Source: an uncultured Acidobacteriota bacterium (GTDB lineage Bacteria; Acidobacteriota; UBA6911). From it: 64,000 nt of DNA. Position 1 is the first letter of the stretch. Each line of letters begins with the position of its first letter. Location of the stretch: assembly GCA_963843575.1 (NCBI GenBank), contig CAWJKZ010000014.1, positions 876,541 through 940,540 of the forward strand, written 5' to 3'. Below the pieces are notes generated by a model, which worked only from the letters and a program-made list of their open reading frames with translations, was not told where the DNA came from and did not search any database. Made by a program: the position numbers and the translations under genes. Positions 9,816 through 23,095 of the stretch are shown here, one piece after another.

Positions 9816-11198
9816 ATGGCGAAGAATTGTGGAGTAACCAGTACCCTGGGGCGCGCACCCGGGCGTCGCCTCAGGGTTGGCCGAGCGCCAGGAAATATCC
9901 CGGTTGGCGCAGCCGCGCTGGCGCTTGTGGTTCTGGCGCTGAACTCGGCATGCTTCTTCCGGAAGCACAAGGTGGAAGTGCCCCAGACGCGGTCGCCGAT
10001 CCGCATCGCCCTGCTCCCCGGGAACGTGCCGGCCGGCAGCGACGAACTGCAATGGCTCGCGACCGCCACCCCGCTGCTGATGGCCCAGGCCACGGAGGAC
10101 TCTCCGGACATCGAAGTGGTCCCACTGTGGGAGTCGATGCCGATCACCATTGAAACCGTGGGCGAATCCCGAACCATCACGGAGGAAAACGCCGCATACG
10201 TGGCGAGCCGGCTCAGTGCCCGATGGGCCACGCTCTGCAGCGTCTCGCCGGACAAGGCCGGAGCCGCGCTGCTGCTCGACTTCATCCCGGCGAAGCCGAC
10301 CCTCGTCCCATTCAGGTACGAGAAGAAAGTGGCCGTGTCCGGACTGAACAGCTCCTTCCGGGAAGCGTTCAATCAGTTCCTGCGTTACCTCGTGGCAGAA
10401 CCCCTCGCGGAGAAGAAGCTCCCCGACCCGGCTTCCCTGCGCCCCGTGGCCGAGGCGTTCAACCGGGAGTACGGCTGGTCCGTGGCCGCCGAGCCGGGCA
10501 AGTCCGAGGCCGTCGTGATCGGCTTCGCACGCTCGAACCAGGCTATCGCAGAGTTGATTTTCAACCCGAACCTCTACCCCGGCATCGGGGCCAGACCCGC
10601 GGCGAAACCCGCTCCCCAGGCCGCCCCGGCCCCGACGAGCGCTCCGCCCGGCCCCGCGGCAGCCGCGGCTTCCGAACCTCCGCCTCGTGTCTCGGCAGCC
10701 CAGGCCTCGTCACCGCCGGCGGCGCAGGCAGCCTCCGCCCCGGAACGCAACCTCGAACAGGACGAGGACGTCTTCGTGCCCCCACCGAAATCCTTCACCC
10801 AGCGGATCTCCTTGACCACTCGACCGGCGCCGGCCCCGCCTCCCTCGCCCAGCCCGCCAGCTCGGGCCCGCGATTCAGGCCGCAACGAAGGTTCAGGCCC
10901 GGTAGCGAACAAGACGTCGCCCCCGCCCCTCCCCGACGGGTTTCAGGTACAGGTGGTGGCGACCAGGAGCAGGGCCCAAGCTGAGGGCCTGGCGGAGAAA
11001 CTGAAGAAAACCGGGCTGAGCCCGAGGGTAGAGCCAATCGAGATGCGGGACAAAGGCATGTGGTTTCGCGTACGTCTGCACGGCTTCAAATCCCGTGGGA
11101 CAGCGACCGCGGCCGGCGACAAACTCGTCGCCGAGGGCTTGATCGCCCAGTATTGGATTGCACGCTCCACCACCGCACCGACTACCCCACAGCAGTAA
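9816..11198 (+). CDS. SPOR-domain (peptidoglycan-binding) lipoprotein
   Basis: Lipobox-like LNSAC, Pro/Ala linker, C-terminal FQVQV...WFRVRL SPOR domain; start uncertain. Confidence 0.7.
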   Translation: MAKNCGVTSTLGRAPGRRLRVGRAPGNIPVGAAALALVVLALNSACFFRKHKVEVPQTRSPIRIALLPGNVPAGSDELQWLATATPLLMAQATEDSPDIEVVPLWESMPITIETVGESRTITEENAAYVASRLSARWATLCSVSPDKAGAALLLDFIPAKPTLVPFRYEKKVAVSGLNSSFREAFNQFLRYLVAEPLAEKKLPDPASLRPVAEAFNREYGWSVAAEPGKSEAVVIGFARSNQAIAELIFNPNLYPGIGARPAAKPAPQAAPAPTSAPPGPAAAAASEPPPRVSAAQASSPPAAQAASAPERNLEQDEDVFVPPPKSFTQRISLTTRPAPAPPPSPSPPARARDSGRNEGSGPVANKTSPPPLPDGFQVQVVATRSRAQAEGLAEKLKKTGLSPRVEPIEMRDKGMWFRVRLHGFKSRGTATAAGDKLVAEGLIAQYWIARSTTAPTTPQQ

Positions 11199-11215
11199 CC
11201 GCCGGCAGAGCCCGT

Positions 11216-11542
11216 TCAAATCTCGGCCCACTTCCCTTCGCCTTCCCAGACCCTCACCGAAAACGGAAACACGATACTCCCTTTCAGCCGCCCGTGGATG
11301 AGTTCGCAGATGTTCTCAACCGAGGGGTACTCCAGGAAGTCGTTCAGCGACCGGTGATCATACGTCCCGAGCGTTTCGCGCAGGACCTTCCGCAACTCCG
11401 CGAAATCGACCACCATCCCTCCCTTGTTCTCGCCTTCGATGACCACCTCCACCTTGTATGTGTGACCGTGAACCGTGCCGCACCTCGCGTGACCGGGCAG
11501 GAAGTGCGCGCAATCCATGTACTCCATTATCCCGAGCCTCAT
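11216..11542 (-). CDS. queD: 6-carboxytetrahydropterin synthase (QueD/PTPS)
   Basis: AHFL..H..C..VHGHTY, GMVVDF, DHRSLN, PSVENI, VWEG. Confidence 0.85.
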   Translation of the reverse strand: MRLGIMEYMDCAHFLPGHARCGTVHGHTYKVEVVIEGENKGGMVVDFAELRKVLRETLGTYDHRSLNDFLEYPSVENICELIHGRLKGSIVFPFSVRVWEGEGKWAEI

Positions 11543-11812
11543 CCGCCCTCCCCCGTCGGCAGCGACTGTCCGGTTTGTGACCTTACGGCAATCGCTGGAA
11601 AGAATCAAGATTCGCCCCGGGGCGCAACCGCGGCCCGGCACTCAGAGCAGCCTGAACAGGCGCATTGCTCCGGGAGCCGGCGGCTTTGCGACGCGGGCGA
11701 GATCGCTTGATCACAACCCGGAGGTCCCGAGGTCCCTGCGATTCAGACACTGGGGATCCTGCAAACTTCCTGGAACGCGGATTCTCGCGGATTTGCGTTG
11801 TAGCTCGGCTTA

Positions 11813-11853
11813 GGGCTCGCGCCATTAATGTGAACTCATTCTTGCGCGAATCC
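11813..11853. mobile_element. 41-bp internally deleted derivative of MITE family A
   Basis: Reverse complement ggattcgcgcaagaatgagttcacattaatggcgcgagccc matches the left end of 187..426 joined to its right terminus. Confidence 0.65.
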
Positions 11854-11875
11854 TAAGTTTCGCTTTGTTCCGTGT

Positions 11876-12057
11876 GCAAAGCTCGACGGGGCGCTCTGGA
11901 TGTGGTTCTCCGGGGTGGGCTTGCGGCAAACGCTCTCGTGCCAGGCCGGACCCGCGCTCCGAGCTCCAGTGCGCTTGCCGCAAGCCCACCCCGGAGAACC
12001 AACCGGCGCTTTGCGCCGGCCGCCGTGCGGCATCCAGGGCGCCCCGTCGAGCTTTGC
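11876..12057. repeat. Long nested inverted repeat (hairpin)
   Basis: gcaaagctcgacggggcgc..tggatg / catcca..gcgccccgtcgagctttgc and ggttctccggggtgggcttgcggcaa / ttgccgcaagcccaccccggagaacc. Confidence 0.85.
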
Positions 12058-12278
12058 CAGCGTTCGTCCGCGTCCGAGGGATTTTGAGTCGCCTGCGCAC
12101 TGTCTGAATCGCAGCCCCGAGGTCCCCCCGATTCTTGACAGATCCGGTGGTGCTCTGTTACATTCGGATTTTGTTTTGCGGACATCGCTCCGAGTATATC
12201 CTCGCTCACTCTACTTCCCGCCTAACCCGGTTCAGCTGTCCCGGACTACCCGGAATAGAGCCCCGAGGTCGGACTGCT

Positions 12279-12363
12279 GCGAAAGTGGCGGAATTGGCAG
12301 ACGCGCTGGACTTAGGATCCAGTCCCGCAAGGGGTGGGGGTTCAACTCCCCCCTTTCGCACCA
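12279..12363 (+). tRNA. tRNA-Leu(TAG)
   Basis: Acceptor stem GCGAAAG/CTTTCGC, anticodon arm ctgga-ctTAGga-tccag, long variable arm, GGTTCAAC T-loop, encoded CCA. Confidence 0.97.
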
Positions 12364-12453
12364 TCGAGCCTCCGCAGGACGCCTGGGAGCGCGACGGCAG
12401 ACCGCCCGGGAGTCGTAGGACGCGGCGGAAATCCTGAAAGGAACAGGATCACT

Positions 12454-13725
12454 TTGAGCATCGAAATAGTAGACGTCAGCCAGTGCAAGCGGAATCTCGT
12501 GGTGGAAGTGCCGGCAGAGCAGGTCGACCAGGAAATCGACAAGCTCGCCCACGACTACGCCCGCAAGGTGAAGGTTCCCGGCTTCAGGCCGGGCAAGGTG
12601 CCGCTGAACATCGTCAAGCAGCGCTTCGGTTCCGAGTTGCGGAACGACGCCACCCAGGACCTGATCCAGCGCTATTGGAAGAACGCCCTTTCGGAGCACA
12701 GCCTCGAACCCCTCGACGAACCCGTCATCGAGGACGTCAAGGGCGAGCCGGGCGAGCCGCTGCGGTTCACCGTCTCGTTCGAGATCCTTCCCAAGCTGGA
12801 GATCAAGGATTACAAGGGTGTCGGCGTCGCATCGCCCGCGGCCGAGGTGTCCGACGCGGACGTCGACAAAGCCGTGGAGGAACTCCGGGAGCAGCACGCC
12901 GAGTATGTCCCGGTCGAGGACCGTGAGGTGCGCGATCACGACTTCGTCAACCTCCTGGTGGACGGGGAGTTCGAGGGCGGCGGCAAGCCGATTCACGAGG
13001 ACGACGTAAGTTGCGTCGTGGGCGACCCCGAAACCAACGAGACCTTCTCCGAGAATCTCCGGGGGGGACGTACCGGGGAGACGCGGACCTTCGCGGTGAG
13101 CTACCCTGCCGACTACCACCGGAAGCGGTTCGCTGGCAAGACGGTCCGGTATGAAATTAAAATCAAGGAAATAAAGGAGAAACACCGTTCGGAACTGGAG
13201 GACTTCGCGAAGGATGTCGGGGCCGCCTCCATCGAAGAACTCAGGACCCGGGTCCGGGACGATTTGGTAACGAAGGCCAAGAGAACTGCCGAAATGAACG
13301 CCAGGGAAGCGGTGCTGGACGAGGTCGTCAAACGCAACCCGTTGGACGTGCCGGAGTGCCTCGTGCAGGACCGACTCCAGGAACGCGCCCGGCGCGTGGC
13401 TGCGAACCTTGCCCACCAGGGAATCGACATCAATAAGACGTCGTTTGACTGGGGCAAGCTATTCGAGCAGGAACGCCCCCGCGCCGAGCAGGCGGTGCGG
13501 CGCTCGATCGTGCTTGAGGCCGTCGCCCGGCAGGAGGGCTTGGAAGTGACCGAAGTAGAACTCGAAAGCGAGTTCCAGAAACTCGCCGACGCGAGCGGGA
13601 AATCGGTTGCGGCGGTTCGGGCGCAATTCGACAAGGACAAGCGAATTCAGGGATTTACGGAACATCTGAGGAACAATAAGACGCTTGATTTCATATATCG
13701 CAATGCTACTATTAGCGGGGGGTGA
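12454..13725 (+). CDS. tig: Trigger factor
   Basis: VPGFRPGKVP signature, FKBP-like middle domain, position before clpP; TTG start. Confidence 0.95.
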   Translation: MSIEIVDVSQCKRNLVVEVPAEQVDQEIDKLAHDYARKVKVPGFRPGKVPLNIVKQRFGSELRNDATQDLIQRYWKNALSEHSLEPLDEPVIEDVKGEPGEPLRFTVSFEILPKLEIKDYKGVGVASPAAEVSDADVDKAVEELREQHAEYVPVEDREVRDHDFVNLLVDGEFEGGGKPIHEDDVSCVVGDPETNETFSENLRGGRTGETRTFAVSYPADYHRKRFAGKTVRYEIKIKEIKEKHRSELEDFAKDVGAASIEELRTRVRDDLVTKAKRTAEMNAREAVLDEVVKRNPLDVPECLVQDRLQERARRVAANLAHQGIDINKTSFDWGKLFEQERPRAEQAVRRSIVLEAVARQEGLEVTEVELESEFQKLADASGKSVAAVRAQFDKDKRIQGFTEHLRNNKTLDFIYRNATISGG

Positions 13726-13731
13726 CGAGCT

Positions 13732-14319
13732 TTGGCACTTATACCCATGGTTGTCGAGCAAACGAATCGCGGCGAACGCGCGTACGACATCTACTCGCGC
13801 CTGCTTAAGGACAACATAATATTCCTCGGGACCCCAATCGACGATAACGTGGCGAATGTCGTAACAGCCCAGCTCCTGTTCCTCGAAGCCGAAGACCCCG
13901 ACAAGGACATCTCCCTTTACATCAATTCGCCCGGCGGTTCGATCTCGGCCGGCATGGCCATCTACGACACCATGCAGTTCATCCGGCCGGACGTCACGAC
14001 CATCTGTGTAGGTCAGGCCGCCAGCATGGGTGCTCTCCTCCTCGCCGCGGGCGCTCCCGGCAAACGTTTTGCCCTGCCGAACTCAAGGATCTTGATCCAT
14101 CAGCCGTCGGTGAGCGGCTTGGCAGGTCAGGCTACCGACATCGACATCCACGCAAGGGAAATCCTGAGACTGCGCGAGTCGATGAACCAGATCCTGGCCC
14201 GGCACACCAGCCAGTCCGTTGAACGTATCCAGAAGGATGTAGAACGTGACTACATCATGACCGCGGATCAGGCCAAGCAGTATGGTATCGTGGATCAGGT
14301 CATCTCCAAGAAAGAGTAG
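13732..14319 (+). CDS. clpP: ATP-dependent Clp protease proteolytic subunit
   Basis: [28 protein letters not shown]. Confidence 0.98.
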   Translation: MALIPMVVEQTNRGERAYDIYSRLLKDNIIFLGTPIDDNVANVVTAQLLFLEAEDPDKDISLYINSPGGSISAGMAIYDTMQFIRPDVTTICVGQAASMGALLLAAGAPGKRFALPNSRILIHQPSVSGLAGQATDIDIHAREILRLRESMNQILARHTSQSVERIQKDVERDYIMTADQAKQYGIVDQVISKKE

Positions 14320-14348
14320 TCCGCCTCCCGCGGATTTGGAGGATTCCG

Positions 14349-15593
14349 TTGAGAAAAGACGACGAGCGCGATGATATTTTGAGGTGTTCGTTCTGCTCGA
14401 AAAGCCAGAACGACGTCAAAAAGCTCATCGCAGGGCCGACCGTATACATCTGCGACGAGTGCGTGGACGTCTGCAACGAGATCATCGCCGACGACGTGGT
14501 GACCTCGCCCATCGGCGAGAAGCTCCCCAAGCCCCAGGAAATAAAGGAGTTCTTGGATCTCTATGTCATCGGCCAGGAAACGACCAAGAAGAAGCTGGCG
14601 GTGGCGGTCTACAACCATTACAAGCGCCTCGAGATCAGCAAGAAGCGCGGCGACCTCGAACTGCAGAAGAGCAACGTCCTGCTCATCGGGCCTACCGGAA
14701 CGGGCAAGACCCTCCTCGCCCAGACCCTGGCCAAGATGTTGTCCGTACCCTTCGCCATCGTGGACGCCACGACCTTGACCGAGGCCGGCTACGTCGGCGA
14801 GGATGTCGAAAACATCATCCTCAAGCTCCTGCAGAACGCCGGTGGCGACAAGGAAAAATGCCAGCAGGGGATCGTCTACATCGACGAGATCGACAAGATC
14901 GCACGCAAGGATGAGAACCCCTCGATCACGCGCGACGTTTCCGGGGAAGGGGTGCAGCAGGCGCTCCTGAAGATCCTCGAGGGAACCGTAGCCAACGTCC
15001 CGCCTCAGGGGGGCCGCAAGCACCCACACCAGGAGTTTATCCAGATCGACACCACGAACATCCTGTTCGTGTGCGGCGGGGCGTTCGTCGGCCTCGATAA
15101 GATCATCGAGCGCCGTGTAGGCAAGAAGAGCCTCGGATTTCTGTCCGGCGACAAGGACTCCAAGAAGAAGTCCAAGACCTCGGTCCCGGCCAACATCCTC
15201 GAGGTGACACAACCGCGCGACCTCATCAAGTTCGGCCTGATCCCGGAATTCGTGGGCCGCCTTCCGGTGATCGGCTCCCTCTCTGAGCTGGACCACGCCG
15301 CGCTGGTCGACATCCTCACCAAACCCAAGAATGCCCTGGTGCGCCAGTACCAGAAACTTTTCGAGTTCGAGAACGTCAAACTCAAATTCACCGACGACGC
15401 GATCGGGGGCGTAGCGAGCCTGGCTCTGGAACGCAAAATGGGGGCCCGGGGGTTGAAAATCATCCTCGAAGATCTTATGTTGGATGTCATGTACCAACTC
15501 CCCTCCCAAAAGAAGGTGAAGGAGTTTGTCATTACGCGAGAGATGGTCGAGAACAAAGAGATCGTCTTCGCATTACTGGAAAAGGCTGGTTAA
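14349..15593 (+). CDS. clpX: Clp protease ATP-binding subunit ClpX
   Basis: CSFC..C..C zinc finger, [32 protein letters not shown]. Confidence 0.98.
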   Translation: MRKDDERDDILRCSFCSKSQNDVKKLIAGPTVYICDECVDVCNEIIADDVVTSPIGEKLPKPQEIKEFLDLYVIGQETTKKKLAVAVYNHYKRLEISKKRGDLELQKSNVLLIGPTGTGKTLLAQTLAKMLSVPFAIVDATTLTEAGYVGEDVENIILKLLQNAGGDKEKCQQGIVYIDEIDKIARKDENPSITRDVSGEGVQQALLKILEGTVANVPPQGGRKHPHQEFIQIDTTNILFVCGGAFVGLDKIIERRVGKKSLGFLSGDKDSKKKSKTSVPANILEVTQPRDLIKFGLIPEFVGRLPVIGSLSELDHAALVDILTKPKNALVRQYQKLFEFENVKLKFTDDAIGGVASLALERKMGARGLKIILEDLMLDVMYQLPSQKKVKEFVITREMVENKEIVFALLEKAG

Positions 15594-15601
15594 TCTACCG
15601 A

Positions 15602-17998
15602 ATGCCAAACGAAGAATCCCCTCGAAAAGTCGAACGGCTGCCGATGATCCCCATACGGGACGTGGTGGTATTCCCCCACATGATGATCCCGTTCGTAATC
15701 GGCAGGCCCTCTTCCGTGCGGGCGCTGGAGTTTGCCCTTGAAGGGTCGAAGCGGGTGTTTCTCGCGACCCAGATGGATGCGTCCGTCGATGAGCCGAAGG
15801 CCAAGGACATATACACGGTCGGGACCGTAGCCAACATCGTCCAGAGCGTCAAACTGACCGACGGAAATATCAAGGTCCTGGTCGAGGGGATTCAGCGGGT
15901 ACGTGCGCTGCGTTTCGCCAACGAACCCGGCTTCTTTGTGGCCGACGTGGAACTGCTGGAGGAAAGCTCCGTCGCGAGCGCGCGCACCAACCTGCTCGTC
16001 AAACGCCTGCAGTCGGTCTTCGAGCAGTTCTCGAAGCTGAGCCACCACGTCAATTACGACGCGATTCTGAACGCGATGAAGACGTTGGAACCGTCGAAGC
16101 TCGCCGACAACATCTGCGCCAACCTGCCCGTCAGCATCGAGGAAAAACAGCAGCTGCTCGAAATGGTCGACCTGGCCGAGCGCATCGAGAAGATCAACGA
16201 GATCATCGAGGTCGAGATCGAAAAGATCAAAGTCGACCGCAACATCCAGGGGCGCGTGAAGCGTCAGATGGAGCGCGCTCAGAAAGAGTACTACCTGAAC
16301 GAAAAGATGAAGGCGATCCAGAAAGAGCTGGGTCGCAAGGACGAGAAGACCGAACTCGACGATTTGAAGAAGCAGGTCGAGGCGGCGAAGATGCCGAAGG
16401 ACGCCCACGAGAAGGCGATCAAAGAGGTGCAGCGGCTCGAGATGATGCCGCCGATGTCGGCCGAGTCAACCGTGTCCCGCACCTATCTGGACTGGCTCCT
16501 GGTGATGCCATGGAACAAGAAGTCCCGGGAAATCAAGGACATGAAGTGGTCGATGAAGGTGCTCGAGGAAGACCACTACGGGCTCGAAAAGATCAAGGAC
16601 CGCATCATCGAATTTCTGGCCGTCCGACGCCTGGTCAAGAAGCCCCAGGGCACCATCCTCTGCTTTGTCGGCCCTCCCGGGGTCGGGAAGACCTCGCTTG
16701 GGAAGTCGATCGCGCGGGCCACGGGCAGGAAATTCGTCCGGCTGTCGCTGGGCGGCGTGCGCGACGAGGCTGAGATCCGAGGGCACCGGAGGACGTATAT
16801 CGGGGCGCTCCCCGGCCAGATCGTCCAGATGCTGAAAAAAGCCGGGACGCGCAACCCGGTCTTCATGCTCGACGAAGTGGACAAGATGAGCATGGATTTC
16901 CGGGGCGACCCGTCCGCGGCGCTGCTGGAGGTTCTCGACCCCGAGCAGAACCACATGTTCGTCGATCACTACCTCGACACCGAGTTCGACCTGTCGATGG
17001 TGATGTTCATCGCCACGGCCAATGTGCTCCACACCATCCCCAGACCGCTGCAGGACCGGATGGAAGTGATCCAGCTGTCCGGCTACACCGAACTCGAGAA
17101 ACTCGAGATCGCGAAGCGGTTCCTGGTCAAGAAACAACGGGAGGCCAACGGACTCCGGAACAGCCAGATCGACTTCGGCGACGACGCCATCCTCGAGCTG
17201 ATCCGGAAGTACACCCGTGAGTCGGGTGTCCGCAACCTCGAACGCGAGATCGCGAACATCTGCCGCAAGACCGCCAAGCAGATCGTCATCTCGCAGGTGC
17301 CGCAGGCGGACGTCACCCCGGAGCTGGTCGAGAAGTTCCTCGGCAAGCCGAGATTCCGTCAGCAGGGGGTCGAATCCAACCAGGTCGGGCTTGCGACCGG
17401 TCTTGCGTGGACCGAGGTGGGGGGAGAGGTCCTGCTCACCGAGGCCACCCTGATGGAAGGCAAGGGTCAGCTCACCATGACCGGGAAACTGGGCGAGGTC
17501 ATGCAGGAGTCGGCGCGCGCCGCCATGTCCTACGTGCGCAGCCGAGCCGCGGCGTACGGCATCGGGCGCGACTTCCACCGCAAGATGGACCTGCACATCC
17601 ACATCCCGGAAGGCGCAATCCCGAAGGACGGGCCGTCGGCAGGAATCACCATGGCCACGACCATCGTGTCGGCGCTCACCAAGATACCGGTGCGCAACGA
17701 CGTCGCGATGACCGGGGAGATCACGCTGCGCGGGAAGGTGCTCCCGATCGGCGGAGTAAAGGAAAAACTGCTGGCCGCACACCGCGCCGGCATCAGGAAT
17801 ATCGTGCTCCCGAAGGAGAATGAGAAGGACCTCCAGGACATTCCACCCGAGATCCTGGAGTCGTTGAGTGTCACCCTGGTCGAAACGATGGACGATGTGC
17901 TGCGGGTAGCGCTGGAACGTCTACCCGTGCCGCTGGACCAGGTGTCGGAGATGGCCGACCTTAAGGGCAACCGCCCCAACGAGAACATCGCGCACTAA
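15602..17998 (+). CDS. lon: Endopeptidase La
   Basis: [26 protein letters not shown], catalytic Lys in GGVKEK. Confidence 0.98.
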   Translation: MPNEESPRKVERLPMIPIRDVVVFPHMMIPFVIGRPSSVRALEFALEGSKRVFLATQMDASVDEPKAKDIYTVGTVANIVQSVKLTDGNIKVLVEGIQRVRALRFANEPGFFVADVELLEESSVASARTNLLVKRLQSVFEQFSKLSHHVNYDAILNAMKTLEPSKLADNICANLPVSIEEKQQLLEMVDLAERIEKINEIIEVEIEKIKVDRNIQGRVKRQMERAQKEYYLNEKMKAIQKELGRKDEKTELDDLKKQVEAAKMPKDAHEKAIKEVQRLEMMPPMSAESTVSRTYLDWLLVMPWNKKSREIKDMKWSMKVLEEDHYGLEKIKDRIIEFLAVRRLVKKPQGTILCFVGPPGVGKTSLGKSIARATGRKFVRLSLGGVRDEAEIRGHRRTYIGALPGQIVQMLKKAGTRNPVFMLDEVDKMSMDFRGDPSAALLEVLDPEQNHMFVDHYLDTEFDLSMVMFIATANVLHTIPRPLQDRMEVIQLSGYTELEKLEIAKRFLVKKQREANGLRNSQIDFGDDAILELIRKYTRESGVRNLEREIANICRKTAKQIVISQVPQADVTPELVEKFLGKPRFRQQGVESNQVGLATGLAWTEVGGEVLLTEATLMEGKGQLTMTGKLGEVMQESARAAMSYVRSRAAAYGIGRDFHRKMDLHIHIPEGAIPKDGPSAGITMATTIVSALTKIPVRNDVAMTGEITLRGKVLPIGGVKEKLLAAHRAGIRNIVLPKENEKDLQDIPPEILESLSVTLVETMDDVLRVALERLPVPLDQVSEMADLKGNRPNENIAH

Positions 17999-18061
17999 TC
18001 CAGCTCCTAACATGAGAAGGCGGGTCCGGCCTGGCTTGAGCGGGCAGCAGCAGCCAACCCG

Positions 18062-18688
18062 GTGATGGAACCGATGTCCAAGACCGGACACCGCGTTTTG
18101 GCCGATTTCGTAATCAGCGCAGTGTCGGAGCGCGACTTCCCGCGCGACGGCAGCCCCGAGATCGTATTCGCGGGGAGGTCGAACGTGGGGAAATCGAGCC
18201 TGATAAACAGGCTTGCGGATCAAAAGAGCCTGGCCCGAACCAGCTCCACGCCGGGCAAGACTCAGACGATTAACTTCTACCGGCTCAACGGTTCTTTTTA
18301 CTTCGTCGATCTGCCGGGTTTCGGCTACGCGAAGGCCGGAAAGGCCGCCAGCCGGGAATGGAAGCGTGCAGTCGAGCAGTACTTTCGGAGCCGTGCGGTC
18401 ATCGCCCTGGTCGTTCATCTCGTGGACGCGCGCCTCGCGCCAACACCCTTGGACCTGGAGCTGGCCGAGTGGCTGCAACACTTGGATATCCCGCGCATCA
18501 CGGTGGGAACAAAGGCCGACAAGCTCTCGGGCAACGGCCGCGTCAACCAGATGCGCGTGATATCCGCCACCCTTGGAGGGGAACCGGTGATCTTTTCCTC
18601 CGCCCTGACAGGGTTGGGTTGTACCGAGATCTGGCACCGGGTGGTCGAAGCCACCCACAGCAGGAATGTGTCCCCTGAATCCCCTTAA
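18062..18688 (+). CDS. yihA: GTP-binding protein YihA/EngB
   Basis: [24 protein letters not shown]. Confidence 0.95.
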   Translation: MMEPMSKTGHRVLADFVISAVSERDFPRDGSPEIVFAGRSNVGKSSLINRLADQKSLARTSSTPGKTQTINFYRLNGSFYFVDLPGFGYAKAGKAASREWKRAVEQYFRSRAVIALVVHLVDARLAPTPLDLELAEWLQHLDIPRITVGTKADKLSGNGRVNQMRVISATLGGEPVIFSSALTGLGCTEIWHRVVEATHSRNVSPESP

Positions 18689-18720
18689 CCTACCGCAACT
18701 CGCCCATCTGGAGAGCAGTT

Positions 18721-20094
<1,374 letters not shown>

Positions 20095-20106
20095 AACCCG
20101 GGCTGA

Positions 20107-20313
20107 GTACTGATGTTCACAAATACGCCAACGTATTTTTCAGGACGCGGATGCGCGCGGATCCCTACGGATCGACTTGGCGACGGGCCGCGGTTGATCC
20201 GCGTGAATCCGTTGGATCCGCGGAATCTGCGTCCTGTTTTGGCTTTTGTTTTTCATCGCCCGTGTTGTTCTGCGTGCTGAAAAATACGTCGTCGTACTTA
20301 TGAGACTGTGTAC
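20107..20313. mobile_element. MITE (family C) with TGA target duplication and internal cgcggat-repeat hairpin
   Basis: Left gtactgatgttcacaaatacgccaacgtatttttcag; right reverse complement gtacacagtctcataagtacgacgacgtatttttcag; TGA at 20104-20106 and 20314-20316. Confidence 0.7.
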
Positions 20314-20388
20314 TGAGGGTTCAGTGCGACGCCAGTAGACCCCCTGCGTTCGACTCGAACGGGACTCGTTTCGCCCCCTGGCGGGTCG

Positions 20389-21231
20389 TCACGGGTTGCC
20401 GCGGGTCTGGCGGTAGATCCGTCCGGCGGCTTCGAAATCCTTGTCGATACCCCCGTCCCTCAACCGGCCGCGCATCGCCTCCAGAAGCCCGATGTACTCC
20501 GACAGCGCCGCCTCGACGCAATCGCGGTTGGTGTCCAGGATGCCGCTCCAGACGGAAAAGGGGCTGCCGGCGAGCCGGATCATGTCGCGGAAACCGGAGC
20601 CGGAGAGCCGGGCCGCGTCCGCCGTGCTGCCGGCGGCCAGCGCCGTCGACAGCAACTGCGGCAGGTGGCTGACCCAGGCGAGCGCACGGTCGTGTTCCTC
20701 CGCCGTCAGGACCGACGTGAGCGCCCCGATCCGGTCGAGCATCGCACGAAGCCGGTCAACGCCCCCCGATTCGCGGCCGGGATGCGGGCACAGTATGTAG
20801 GGCGCCCCACGGAACAACCCGGGCAGGCTGTGTTCGACGCCGGCCACTTCCCTTCCGGCGACCGGGTGGCCGCCGATGAATTCCACGCCTCGGGGCAGCC
20901 GCTGCCACGCCTTGGCGCATATGCGGCGCTTGGTGCTGCCCACGTCCGTCACGACGCTCCCGGCCGAGACGCTCTCTCCCAGCCGATCCAGCGCGGACAG
21001 GATGCTCTCGATCGGCATGGCCAGGACGACCAGGTCGCAACCGGACACGTCGGAGACGGACAGCGAGCAGTCGTCGACGGCGCCGAGGCGCCTGGCGAGG
21101 TCGAGCCGCCCCCGGTCCCTGCCGACCCCGAGCACGTGTGGCCTGGGCTCGAGACCATGCAGCGCCAGACCGAGCGACCCCCCGATGAGACCCACCCCGA
21201 CTATGGCGACTCTCTGAAAAGGCACCTCCAT
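20389..21231 (-). CDS. tyrA: Prephenate/arogenate dehydrogenase
   Basis: GVGLIGGS, TDVGSTK, GGHPVAG, HD...VSHLPQ, GFRDMIRLA. Confidence 0.92.
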   Translation of the reverse strand: MEVPFQRVAIVGVGLIGGSLGLALHGLEPRPHVLGVGRDRGRLDLARRLGAVDDCSLSVSDVSGCDLVVLAMPIESILSALDRLGESVSAGSVVTDVGSTKRRICAKAWQRLPRGVEFIGGHPVAGREVAGVEHSLPGLFRGAPYILCPHPGRESGGVDRLRAMLDRIGALTSVLTAEEHDRALAWVSHLPQLLSTALAAGSTADAARLSGSGFRDMIRLAGSPFSVWSGILDTNRDCVEAALSEYIGLLEAMRGRLRDGGIDKDFEAAGRIYRQTRGNP

Positions 21232-21244
21232 CGCTGAGCTCCTC

Positions 21245-22258
<1,014 letters not shown>

Positions 22259-23072
22259 TTAGGATTCCCTCCCTGTTCGAGGAGCCCCGGTCAGCCAGCG
22301 GCAATAGGCCCCGACCTGCGACACCAGATCCGGCGAGTCCCTCAATTCTTCGATGCGGGCGACGATGGCGCTTCCGACCACCGCCCCGTCCGCGACGTCC
22401 CAGACCGCCCGGACCTGCGCCGGGTGGGAAATGCCGAAACCCACGGCGATGGGCAGGTCGGTCCAACGGCGTACCCGTTCGATCGTCGGCGCCATCGTCG
22501 ACGAAATCGCACCCTGGGCCCCGGTGACCCCCGCGCGCGCGACGACGTAGACAAAACCGCGCGCGCGCACGGCAGATGAGCTCCAGCCTGTCGTCGGCGC
22601 TCGTCGGCGCCGCGAGGAAGATGGGATCGAGCCCGTGCCGCTGCAGGCAGGCGCAGTATTCGTCCCCTTCTTCGGGGGTGAGGTCGGTCACCAGGAAGGC
22701 GTCCGCACCGGCGCCGGCGGCGTCGGCCGCAAGCCGCGCCACGCCATACTGCAGAATCGGGTTGAAGTAACTGAACAGCACGACCGGGATGCTGGTCTCC
22801 CGGCGGATGCGCCGCAGCCCCTCGAGGTAGTCCGAGAATCTGTAGCGATGGGCCAGGGCCCGTTCGGAGGCACGCTGAATCGTGGGGCCGTCCGCGACCG
22901 GGTCGGAGAACGGGATGCCCAGCTCGACTACGTGCGAACCCGACCGGGCCAGTTCCGGGACCAGCCGGATCGTCGTTTCCAGATCCGGATCCCCGGCCGT
23001 AATGAAGGGGATAAAGGCCTTCCCCCCCTCAGCCCGGAGTCCGTCAAAAACCCTGCTGATCGCCCCGCTCAT
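22259..23072 (-). CDS. trpA: Tryptophan synthase alpha subunit (frameshift near 22565)
   Basis: ELGIPFSDPVADGPTIQ, FSYFNP; GFVYVV...GVTG, VGFGI, GAVVGSA in the second frame. Confidence 0.9.
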
Positions 23073-23095
23073 GATACGCGCCTTTCTGGAAACGC

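Larger units (their letters stand above)
11736..12114. mobile_element. MITE (family B, IS4-like ends) with about 10-bp target duplication and nested inserts
   Basis: TIRs ctgcgattcagaca (11736) / tgtctgaatcgcag (12114); flanking direct repeat cccgaggtcc at 11726-11735 and 12116-12125. Confidence 0.7.

Noticed and set aside
11543-11700. preQ1 riboswitch upstream of queD
   Set aside because: No preQ1 stem-loop or A-rich tail recognisable on the minus strand
12279-12363. tRNA-Leu as an integration site for an island
   Set aside because: It is followed directly by tig, with no integrase and no duplicated tRNA 3' end noticed in the window
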